The notes below the pieces were generated by a model. That model had not been told where the DNA came from, searched no databases, and saw nothing but the letters and a program-made list of their open reading frames with translations. The position numbers and the translations under genes are program-made. A DNA stretch of 64,000 nt from a virus (taxonomy: Duplodnaviria; Caudoviricetes): IMG/VR virus record IMGVR_UViG_3300034062_004332, positions 1,687-65,686 of that record. One strand, 5' to 3'. This document shows, piece after piece, positions 56,537 through 64,000 of the stretch (its first letter is position 1; each line of letters opens with the position of its first letter).

Positions 56537-57385
56537 ATGCCTTTCAGACGGACTTCAATTCGGGCGACTAAGGCGACAGGTTTTTATTCGCCCAAGCGTT
56601 CCCGCGTGGTCGGTAGTCGTGTCGTTGGTTATGACTCTGATGCTTTGGTGTATATCAATGCAGTTGAGGCCGCTGATGGGCAAGCGTTAGAAGGTTCTGT
56701 AAAGGATGCGTATAATACTTTTGTAGTTAGTTGTAAATCTGATGGTATTTGGAGCGCTATAAAAGCATCTTGTATTATGGCGGGTGCTAGGACTTTAAGC
56801 GGTGCTCTTGTGCCGTTAGTAGGTGTAGCGCCAAGTGGATTTAACCTTGCTAGTGGGACTTACAGCAGAGTTACCGGGTTAAAAGGTGATGGTGCTGCGA
56901 TGTATTTGAATAGTAATCGTTTAAGTTCCGCTGATCCACAAGACAATAGACATCTAGCTGTTTTTGTTACTACTGGAGATACTAAGAGTAGTACTGCAGC
57001 GTATATTGGAGGAGGGGCTAGCGGCTATGCTGGAATTTTACGTGGTCCAACCAATACTCTTTCTTTCTACGTTAGCAATGATTTACAAAGCCTGGTGATG
57101 AGTCCTCCTCAAGGAGATAGAACAGGTCTAAAAAGCGCGGTTAGAAGTTCTGCCACAACCATTTCTGGACGTTCGGGAGGTGTTGTAGCCTTCTCAGGCG
57201 GTATAGCGTCTCGGACTGACACTTCTTCTCGAACTATTAATGTGTTTGCGCAACTTTATACCAGTGTAAGTGCATATTCAAACTCAAGGATGAGTTACTA
57301 CTCTATAGGAGAGTATTTAGATCTTAATAAACTTGATGCCCGCGTATCCGGCTTGATGGTCGCAATCTCCGGTGCAATCTCTTGA
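56537..57385 (+). CDS. Virion structural protein, paralog 1
   Basis: YDSDALVYINAVEAADG...ARTLSGALVPL. Confidence 0.75.
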   Translation: MPFRRTSIRATKATGFYSPKRSRVVGSRVVGYDSDALVYINAVEAADGQALEGSVKDAYNTFVVSCKSDGIWSAIKASCIMAGARTLSGALVPLVGVAPSGFNLASGTYSRVTGLKGDGAAMYLNSNRLSSADPQDNRHLAVFVTTGDTKSSTAAYIGGGASGYAGILRGPTNTLSFYVSNDLQSLVMSPPQGDRTGLKSAVRSSATTISGRSGGVVAFSGGIASRTDTSSRTINVFAQLYTSVSAYSNSRMSYYSIGEYLDLNKLDARVSGLMVAISGAIS

Positions 57386-57428
57386 TAGACTTAACTCAGA
57401 CTACGTGTACCTTTAGCTTAAGGTCAGC

Positions 57429-57779
57429 ATGACACGCCAGTATACACGACTTGCAAACATACAGCGTGTCCCTAACGCTACAGGTGTTCTGTATACCAAC
57501 CCATCTGGCACCAAAACTTTCGTCAAGGGCTTTTCGTTCTACAACGCCGGGGCTGTCTCAGGCACCGTGGCTCTGTTCAACGTGCCAGATGTCGCATCGG
57601 CAACGGGTATCCCTAGTTCGGGTAATAAGATAACCGAGATTATATTGGCGAGCACTGAAACGTTCTTGTTAGAGTATCCGTATCCTATTACTATGATTGA
57701 TGAGGGGGACAGTATTCAAGGTTATGCTACTACAGTGTCTGATGTAACTATTCAGATTCTTGGTGATACGGATGTTTGA
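57429..57779 (+). CDS. Small structural protein
   Basis: LYTNPSGTKT...EGDSIQG. Confidence 0.7.
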   Translation: MTRQYTRLANIQRVPNATGVLYTNPSGTKTFVKGFSFYNAGAVSGTVALFNVPDVASATGIPSSGNKITEIILASTETFLLEYPYPITMIDEGDSIQGYATTVSDVTIQILGDTDV

Positions 57780-57791
57780 CGGGGTGTAACT

Positions 57792-58634
57792 ATGCCTATA
57801 CGTCGGACTTCAAATAGAAGTAGTTACGATTCAGGATTTTATAATCCTGAGGTTTATAGTGAAATAGGTAGTCGTGTTGTGGGTTTTGATTCTGATGCAC
57901 TGATCTACATTAATGCAGTTGAGGCAGAGGACGGTGAATCGTTAGAAAGTGGGGTGAAATCAGCTTATAATGCGTTTATAGTTGGATGTAAGGCTGACGG
58001 TATTTGGAGTGCTATACAGTCTTCTTATATCTTAGCCGGTGCTAGAACATTAAGCGGTGCTTTAACTCCTTTAGCTGGTATACGTCCTACAGGGGTTGGT
58101 TTTGGTTCTGGTGATTATTATAGAATAACTGGTTTACAGGGTTCGGGTGGGGGTAGACGCCTTGAGACCGGACGGAATAATAATGCAGACGGTCAGAATA
58201 ATGCACACATGGCTGTTTACGTCACATTATTAGGTCAATCTGCGGATGAGACTCTCGCTGGAGGAGGGGACACTTCTTTTGTTGGTTCGCGTTATTTTAT
58301 TCGTCAGACTACAACTTCTACGTTTAATACAAACTGTATGTCTGCTAGTAATGTTTCTCGATCTGCCAGTTTTGGTGGCTCTGGTCTGTACGGAGTCGCT
58401 AGGCAAAATTCTAGCCAGATGGAACAACTGACCGGGAACTTGGCCTCTCGCTCTATTTTTTCGTCTTCATCTAGTGCCCCCAGATCCGGTCAGTTGCGTG
58501 TATTCACTACTCCTTTTGGCGGTGTCTGTAACAGTCGCTTGTCTTTTTACAGCGCAGGGAATTATTTAAATTTAGACTTATTGGATGCGCGTGTTACCAC
58601 TTTAATGAATTCTATATCCGGCGCACTTTCTTAG
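57792..58634 (+). CDS. Virion structural protein, paralog 2
   Basis: FDSDALIYINAVEAEDG...LDLLDARV. Confidence 0.75.
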   Translation: MPIRRTSNRSSYDSGFYNPEVYSEIGSRVVGFDSDALIYINAVEAEDGESLESGVKSAYNAFIVGCKADGIWSAIQSSYILAGARTLSGALTPLAGIRPTGVGFGSGDYYRITGLQGSGGGRRLETGRNNNADGQNNAHMAVYVTLLGQSADETLAGGGDTSFVGSRYFIRQTTTSTFNTNCMSASNVSRSASFGGSGLYGVARQNSSQMEQLTGNLASRSIFSSSSSAPRSGQLRVFTTPFGGVCNSRLSFYSAGNYLNLDLLDARVTTLMNSISGALS

Positions 58635-58696
58635 CGTTGTGCTGTCTGCATTTGTCCTCCCGGCGTTTAAACTTATAAGGACTGGTTTCACTTTGT

Positions 58697-58894
58697 ATGC
58701 CTACCCCCGACAGAACTGAACTTTGGGTTGCCGTGGCTTTGTTCATAGCCTCCGAGGTTATTGGCATGTCAAAAGCAAAGGACAATTCCGTTCTCCAGGC
58801 GCTATTGCACGCAGCTCGTACGATGTTTCCCTTAGAGCTTAAACAAAACAAAACTAAACCCCGAAAACGCGATGAACACGGTCGTTTTATGTAG
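58697..58894 (+). CDS. Small membrane protein (holin-like)
   Basis: LWVAVALFIASEVIGMSKAKDNSVLQ. Confidence 0.55.
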   Translation: MPTPDRTELWVAVALFIASEVIGMSKAKDNSVLQALLHAARTMFPLELKQNKTKPRKRDEHGRFM

Positions 58895-58902
58895 TTGACT
58901 TT

Positions 58903-59220
58903 ATGATTGACTGGGCCTTTAGTTTAGTTACATCTTTCGTTTTACTCGGGTTAGTCGAAGCCGTCATTAAACCTGCCGCAGCCTACTGGGTCCGTCGAAA
59001 AATCATCCGATGGACCCCCGTGGTTTTGGCGTATGTCGACAAGGTGTTTCCCGACCTTGTGACTGGCCGCAGCCCGGAAGACCTTGACCATCTTGTGCGA
59101 ACCAAGTTTTCCGAACTGACCGGCGACGATTGGTCTACCACAAACTTAGATTATTTTTGGCGCCTCTATGACCCTAGAATTACTTTGCACAAACTTGATA
59201 ATCCAGATCAAGTAAACTGA
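58903..59220 (+). CDS. Membrane-anchored hypothetical protein
   Basis: N-terminal hydrophobic helix. Confidence 0.6.
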   Translation: MIDWAFSLVTSFVLLGLVEAVIKPAAAYWVRRKIIRWTPVVLAYVDKVFPDLVTGRSPEDLDHLVRTKFSELTGDDWSTTNLDYFWRLYDPRITLHKLDNPDQVN

Positions 59221-60097
59221 GTTTTCCTTCTATCTTGTATCTCCAGTTTCTTTTGACTTTTTGCCAAAACTCTTGGCATTGTTTTTGTCTCTGTTCATAC
59301 TTGTTGTTATCTAACACTTCTTCTACTTTGTAGCGACAGTTCTCCCAGCTATCTTGAATGATAAATGGGATTTCATAAATTTCTGCGCTGCGCATAACAG
59401 CGTGCCAGTAGGACGGGTAAATCGGCAGCCTTAACGTGCGAGCTGTAGCCACTGGGATACACCCCGCTTCAAGCGCCTCATATAGCCGAAAGCTATCCAT
59501 GCTGTCTTGCCCTGGCGGACACAGCGCGAATTTGCTTTGCTCCAGCATCTGCGCGTAATCCCTCGTGGTTAGGGCATCGGATGCACAGAACCCCGAGCAG
59601 TCGTGTGTTTGATTCGGCTCCAGATCTTTAAAAACTTCAAGCATCTGCCGCCGTTCACCGTGCGGTGTTCCTGCGAACGACCACAGAAGTCGTCGTTCCT
59701 CTGTTGTCTTAGTTAAATACTCCTGAAAGTGCCGCTTGTACCCCAGTCCGACCGTCAATACTTTCGGATGTTGTACGTACATTGGATGTACATAGTTTCG
59801 TATGCAAAAAATGCATCCTGGGTCGTGCAGCCATTCGCACTGTTCGTATAGGTTTTCGTCGGACAGTAGAAATACTCCGTAGTGTCTGCTGTTTTGTCTT
59901 AGTGCGTCTAGACACACCCTGTAGTTAACTGCATGATTGCAGATTACCAGTGAGTTTTTGTCAGTTTTAAATTCTTCAAAGTTTCGTACGATGTGGATTT
60001 CGGTTCCTGAGCCATAGATACTCAGGATTTCGTTGAGCCAGTCAAGCTCGAACAGCGTGGCGTCTTGTGTAACCCACTGGATATTTATGTTTTTCAA
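59180..60097 (-). CDS. Exostosin-family (GT47) glycosyltransferase
   Basis: WSFAGT..SKFALCPPG..DSFRLYEALEAGCIPV. Confidence 0.85.
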   Translation of the reverse strand: MKNINIQWVTQDATLFELDWLNEILSIYGSGTEIHIVRNFEEFKTDKNSLVICNHAVNYRVCLDALRQNSRHYGVFLLSDENLYEQCEWLHDPGCIFCIRNYVHPMYVQHPKVLTVGLGYKRHFQEYLTKTTEERRLLWSFAGTPHGERRQMLEVFKDLEPNQTHDCSGFCASDALTTRDYAQMLEQSKFALCPPGQDSMDSFRLYEALEAGCIPVATARTLRLPIYPSYWHAVMRSAEIYEIPFIIQDSWENCRYKVEEVLDNNKYEQRQKQCQEFWQKVKRNWRYKIEGKLSLLDLDYQVCAK

Positions 60098-60126
60098 GCT
60101 GAGTGTGGTGTCACTAAGCTGTTATG

Positions 60127-60402
60127 TTAGCCCTGTCTGTCGCTCCCGGTACCTTTGATGAGAAGCTGATCAAGTTTGTCGTTGATGTCTCTTAATCTGC
60201 TTCTCATATCTTCTAACTGAAGTTCTAAATCTACTTTTAATACATATTTTAAGGGCATGTCGTTTATTCTATCTTCTATTTTCTCTATTTTTTCCTTGTA
60301 GCTTGTGAAGCGTGAGTCAACGATCCGCTGCCGTTGTTGGTGGCTCCACGTTATGAAGGCGACTGCCGACGCCACAAAGGTAGCAATAGCTTCGGCTCCC
60401 AT
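60127..60402 (-). CDS. TM + coiled-coil protein
   Basis: N-terminal TM helix; PLKYVLKVD..INDKLDQL. Confidence 0.65.
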   Translation of the reverse strand: MGAEAIATFVASAVAFITWSHQQRQRIVDSRFTSYKEKIEKIEDRINDMPLKYVLKVDLELQLEDMRSRLRDINDKLDQLLIKGTGSDRQG

Positions 60403-60491
60403 GGACCCAATCTGCCCAATCCTAGTTTATACAAGATTTAACTTCCTCATCTTAATGACTTCGTTAAACTAAAGGCAGCCGAGAAACCCGC

Positions 60492-60797
60492 GTGGGCGAC
60501 AGGCAACTACTTTTTGAGCTTCAGTGTCTCCAAAAAAGTACAGCCAAGAAAAAGTTCCGACGCGACATCTTTGACTCCTGGGGCTGCTGCGCCTACTGCG
60601 GCGTTGACCGACCAACTACCCTTGACCATGTACTAGCCAAAGCCCGTGGCGGCCTCACTGTCCGCAACAACTTGGTTGCGGCGTGTGCGATGTGTAATTT
60701 TAAGAAAGGCTCTGTAGATTTTATGGAGTGGTTTAGGAGTCAGAGTTTTTGGTCTGTTGAGCGAGAGTTGCGCTTGTTAGCCTGGATTCATCAGTAG
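60492..60797 (+). CDS. HNH endonuclease
   Basis: CAYCG..TLDHV..RGG..NLVAACAMCNFKKG. Confidence 0.85.
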   Translation: MGDRQLLFELQCLQKSTAKKKFRRDIFDSWGCCAYCGVDRPTTLDHVLAKARGGLTVRNNLVAACAMCNFKKGSVDFMEWFRSQSFWSVERELRLLAWIHQ

Positions 60798-60862
60798 TAT
60801 TCTGTTACAACTCGCAGTTCTCCGTGAGTCGGCCTATAGTGGTTTGGCCCACATAAAATCAC

Positions 60863-60991
60863 ATGGCCCGCTCTAAAGGATCTACAGACAAGATCGAACC
60901 CAAGCCCAAGACCACTTCGATCGGCAACAGTCATTTGTCCCGTCCGTCCCGACGTGGCAAGAAGAAGTCGCGAGGACAAGGCAAGGGTTAG
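60863..60991 (+). CDS. Small basic peptide (42 aa)
   Basis: MARSKGSTDKIEPKPKTTSIG...KKKSRGQGKG. Confidence 0.55.
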   Translation: MARSKGSTDKIEPKPKTTSIGNSHLSRPSRRGKKKSRGQGKG

Positions 60992-61048
60992 TTATGTCGC
61001 CGGGGCTGTTCTTTTGATCTAAACTAGGTTAAAAGTGCGGCCCTAGGA

Positions 61049-61486
61049 ATGTCTCAGTTTACTAAAGATTCTGAGTTAGATTCTACGCTAGCCAGTGGCC
61101 TACAGTCTTCGGCTTTTCGTACTGGCTCTACCCACTTTGATCAGCGCAGGACCCTCAATGCGAGCGGCGTGGTCGTTAACACCGCTCAAGCTCGGACTTA
61201 TGTGGCTGACGGCAATTATGGTATTGCTGATTACTATCCACTGACTTTTAATGCTACGGGTATTCTTCAGGTCAATATTCGTGACATTAACTCTTGCGGC
61301 GATGTCATTATTCTTAATGCTGCTGGCACTGAGGTGATGACAGCTTCGCCCTCTAAGTTCAGCTCTCGGGATAACAGTGTCACCCGCACAACCATCAACG
61401 CGTCTGGCACGCATTACGCGTACATTCAGCTTCTTGGTCGCAGCGGTTCTGAGTACAAAGTAGGTATCAGCCTGTCTAGTAGCTGA
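61049..61486 (+). CDS. Hypothetical structural protein (PPC-like beta sandwich)
   Basis: DYYPLTFNATG...ASGTHYAYI. Confidence 0.6.
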   Translation: MSQFTKDSELDSTLASGLQSSAFRTGSTHFDQRRTLNASGVVVNTAQARTYVADGNYGIADYYPLTFNATGILQVNIRDINSCGDVIILNAAGTEVMTASPSKFSSRDNSVTRTTINASGTHYAYIQLLGRSGSEYKVGISLSSS

Positions 61487-61491
61487 GCTTC

Positions 61492-62730
61492 ATGCGAACC
61501 AGTCAAGTCGGCGTAGACCTTATCAAACGTTGGGAAGGTCTGCGCCTCATCGGCTACTTGTGTCCCGCAAATATTCCCACGATCGGTTACGGCTCAACCG
61601 GACCTGATGTCCGCGTGGGGATGCACATTACTGAGGAGGAGGCTGAGGCCAGACTGAAGAAGTCTCTAGTTGTCATTGAGGACACGTTACGAGACATCGT
61701 ACGTGTACCGTTAAATCAAAATGAATTCGATGCACTTGTTAGTTTTTCGTATAACGTAGGTTCGAACGCTTTCCGTCAGTCCACACTTTTACGTTTGCTG
61801 AATGACGGTGCTGCTCGCACTGTTGTGGCGCAAGAGTTTGGGCGCTGGGATAAGGTCAACGGCTCGCCTGTTCCCGGTCTAACGAAACGACGTGAAGCTG
61901 AACGAGAGCTGTTTCTTAAATCTGTAAGGAATCCAGCCTTGGCCAGCTCTATCTACGCCCTGGAAGATACGTGGCTCAAACGTGAGCCAAAACCAGCTTC
62001 TGAATTGGTTGCTGAGAAGAAGCTTTTTGTCCCTAAGGGCAGTGCTCATCAGTGGAAACTGATTGAGATTGTTCCCGGTGAGCCTCACTATCGAGTTCGA
62101 CTCGAATCTCAGCCTGATCTACCGTGGTGGTTTTGGCCCCCGCATTTCAAAATCATCAACGATGATGGCGCCGTTCCTCCCGCTCCACCTAAGCTCGCTA
62201 CAGACGGTGTTCTTAAAGTTCCTTATTACTCTCAGTTAGATAATAAAACTCAGCCGCATAGAACTTGCTTTAGTAGTTCTTGCGCCATGCTGTTGAAGTA
62301 TCTCAAACCCAACAGCATTTCCGGCGATGATCAATACATCGATACCGTTTTTAAGTTTGGGGATACGACCGAACCGGCTTCCCAGATCGCAGCTCTGGCG
62401 CACTACGGGGTGAAAGCCAAGTTCCGCGTGGACGGCTCCTGGGCAGCGGTGAACAAGCTGATCGAGTCCGGCGTGCCTGTGCCTATGGGCATCCTTCACA
62501 AGGGGCCTGTGACCAAGCCCAGCGGCGGTCACTGGATCGTGGCGATCGGCATCTGGAAGAACCATCAGGGCTACGTTGTCCACGACCCTTACGGTGAGCT
62601 GGATCTTATCAATGGGAAGTATATAAACGACAAAGGTGCGTTTTTGCGGTACAGCCAGAGGAACCTGGGACCCCGGTGGCTGGTCGAAGATTGGAACTCC
62701 GGTTGGTATATTGAGGCTTTGTCATGGTGA
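61492..62730 (+). CDS. Endolysin: GH24 lysozyme + C39-like peptidase
   Basis: WEGLRL..TIGYGST..FDALVSFSYNVG..GLTKRREAE; VPYYSQ..CFSSSCAM..GHW..HDPYG. Confidence 0.9.
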   Translation: MRTSQVGVDLIKRWEGLRLIGYLCPANIPTIGYGSTGPDVRVGMHITEEEAEARLKKSLVVIEDTLRDIVRVPLNQNEFDALVSFSYNVGSNAFRQSTLLRLLNDGAARTVVAQEFGRWDKVNGSPVPGLTKRREAERELFLKSVRNPALASSIYALEDTWLKREPKPASELVAEKKLFVPKGSAHQWKLIEIVPGEPHYRVRLESQPDLPWWFWPPHFKIINDDGAVPPAPPKLATDGVLKVPYYSQLDNKTQPHRTCFSSSCAMLLKYLKPNSISGDDQYIDTVFKFGDTTEPASQIAALAHYGVKAKFRVDGSWAAVNKLIESGVPVPMGILHKGPVTKPSGGHWIVAIGIWKNHQGYVVHDPYGELDLINGKYINDKGAFLRYSQRNLGPRWLVEDWNSGWYIEALSW

Positions 62731-62954
62731 GCGAGACCAAGTTCGATCAAAATGAAGTTCTTAAAAGCTGGGACTTCAAAGCTGAGCAGGCTAAAGCAGA
62801 TTTTTTAGAATCATTGTTTAATCTGTATAAACCTGAGGATCGTACATACACCGGGTTATGGCAGCGCTTTATTGGAGACCTTGGTAAAATAGTCAGGGAA
62901 GAGTTTGCCAACGATCCTGAAGGGCTGCTCGCCATCTTCCGTGACACAAAGTAG
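62724..62954 (+). CDS. Hypothetical protein
   Basis: ADFLESLFNLY..TYTGLWQ. Confidence 0.6.
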   Translation: MVSETKFDQNEVLKSWDFKAEQAKADFLESLFNLYKPEDRTYTGLWQRFIGDLGKIVREEFANDPEGLLAIFRDTK

Positions 62955-63168
62955 AGACTACCGCGAAGAGTACGAGACGTACCACGGTACTGAGTCTCAA
63001 AAGAAACGACGGGCTGCTCGTAATACAGCTCGTCGTCGACTAGAGCGATCGGGGCGCGTTCATAAGGGGGATGGGAAGGATGTCGATCACAAAGACGGCA
63101 ATCCGATGAATAACAGTTCGGCTAACATACGTGTTATAGATCGAAGTAAGAATCGCGGGGATCACTAA
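62941..63168 (+). CDS. Small HNH protein
   Basis: RDYREEY..RAARNTARR..GDGKDVDHKDGNPMNNS..KNRG. Confidence 0.8.
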   Translation: MTQSRDYREEYETYHGTESQKKRRAARNTARRRLERSGRVHKGDGKDVDHKDGNPMNNSSANIRVIDRSKNRGDH

Positions 63169-63659
63169 TGGCCATCCTTCCCCAAGCCGGTATCCCCCAG
63201 CTTCCCGAAGTTACGGGATCGGATAAGTTCGACCTTGGGCTTGTCGGCTTTAACACCCCGTATCAAGTCGCCATGCGCCGAGGCATGGTGTTTGACCACA
63301 ACGGAGCTACCCGCGTGGCAGCTCAAATCGAACATGATCTTGGCTCGTACGTCCGTCCTGCTGTCGGTCCTGTCGAATACGGTGAAGGTAATATCAAAAA
63401 ATCGACTGCTGTTTCAGGCCCTGCTGGCTATAACCAGCGTGCCGTTCCTCTGCCTGACAGTCCAGACGATATGTCTCAAGAGCAGTATATGCTATCGCTG
63501 ATGCAGAATAAACCTGAACAGCGTATGCGTATGCGGATGGCTATGTCTATCCCTAAGCAGAATTTTCTTTATCGCCCACCTGTTAGCTCAGAGTATCCTT
63601 TGAATACACATAACATGATGACTAATCTGTTAGCTTTAGCTAAACAGAAGCAGGGCTGA
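63168..63659 (+). CDS. Hypothetical protein
   Basis: 163 aa, coupled. Confidence 0.65.
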   Translation: MAILPQAGIPQLPEVTGSDKFDLGLVGFNTPYQVAMRRGMVFDHNGATRVAAQIEHDLGSYVRPAVGPVEYGEGNIKKSTAVSGPAGYNQRAVPLPDSPDDMSQEQYMLSLMQNKPEQRMRMRMAMSIPKQNFLYRPPVSSEYPLNTHNMMTNLLALAKQKQG

Positions 63660-63661
63660 GC

Positions 63662-63796
63662 ATGATGGTTGACAACGACTTTCCGATTCGGATGGCTGGT
63701 CAGCGTTTTGGTCTGACCGCTCGGGACATTCAAGGGCTCACACCTACTGAGGTGACAAGTAGACTGCGGTATCAACAAACGTTCCCTAAAACCTGA
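63662..63796 (+). CDS. 44-aa peptide with capsid-like N-terminus
   Basis: MMVDNDFPIRMAGQRFGL...; fills the gap between two coupled genes. Confidence 0.55.
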   Translation: MMVDNDFPIRMAGQRFGLTARDIQGLTPTEVTSRLRYQQTFPKT

Positions 63797-63797
63797 T

Positions 63798-63989
63798 ATG
63801 CGTTTCGCTGGTCCTCAAATCTATATGGATCCCACAGAGCTGCCGTATGGTGCGGCGGATCGTTTTGCCGGGGCTGTTGCCGTGGCCAATCCCGATCTAG
63901 TCGACAGGATCAAAGCTGCTATCCTGCCGGAAGAGTCTGGTTCTATTAGTGACGGTAGCGCTATCGGGTCTGCACAAGGTCAGTCTTGA
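63798..63989 (+). CDS. Small hypothetical protein
   Basis: 63 aa with two RFAG motifs. Confidence 0.55.
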   Translation: MRFAGPQIYMDPTELPYGAADRFAGAVAVANPDLVDRIKAAILPEESGSISDGSAIGSAQGQS

Positions 63990-64000
63990 TTGGATTACGC

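Noticed and set aside
56537-58634. Diversity-generating retroelement TR/VR pair
   Set aside because: Differences are not adenine-specific and there is no reverse transcriptase in the window

Overview
A 64-kb segment of a large dsDNA tailed phage genome. The host is probably a picocyanobacterium; this is inferred from gene content, tRNAs reading A-ending codons and a lysozyme+C39 endolysin. Layout: (1) 1-3.2 kb, small minus-strand early-type genes; (2) 3.3-4.7 kb, a non-coding strand switch with a hairpin-dense ~650-nt segment and a CA/CG tract; (3) four tRNAs, dCMP deaminase, two SAM methyltransferases and six glycan-active enzymes interleaved with the head module; (4) terminase with a Pro-initiated class-3-like intein, a portal overlapping the scaffold by 497 nt, and a major capsid gene split by two group I introns, one carrying a LAGLIDADG ORF; (5) low-complexity internal virion proteins, free-standing HNH and GIY-YIG endonucleases, Dps, Ser-Gly-rich fibre genes and lysis genes. 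The best candidates for novelty are: a virion glycosylation system (glycosyltransferases plus pervasive Ser-Gly motifs); a shared R-[MVILF]-A-G peptide motif in seven unrelated proteins; a 44-aa peptide copying the capsid N-terminus; and three unannotated structured RNA elements. All calls come from reading the sequence by eye; no searches were run.
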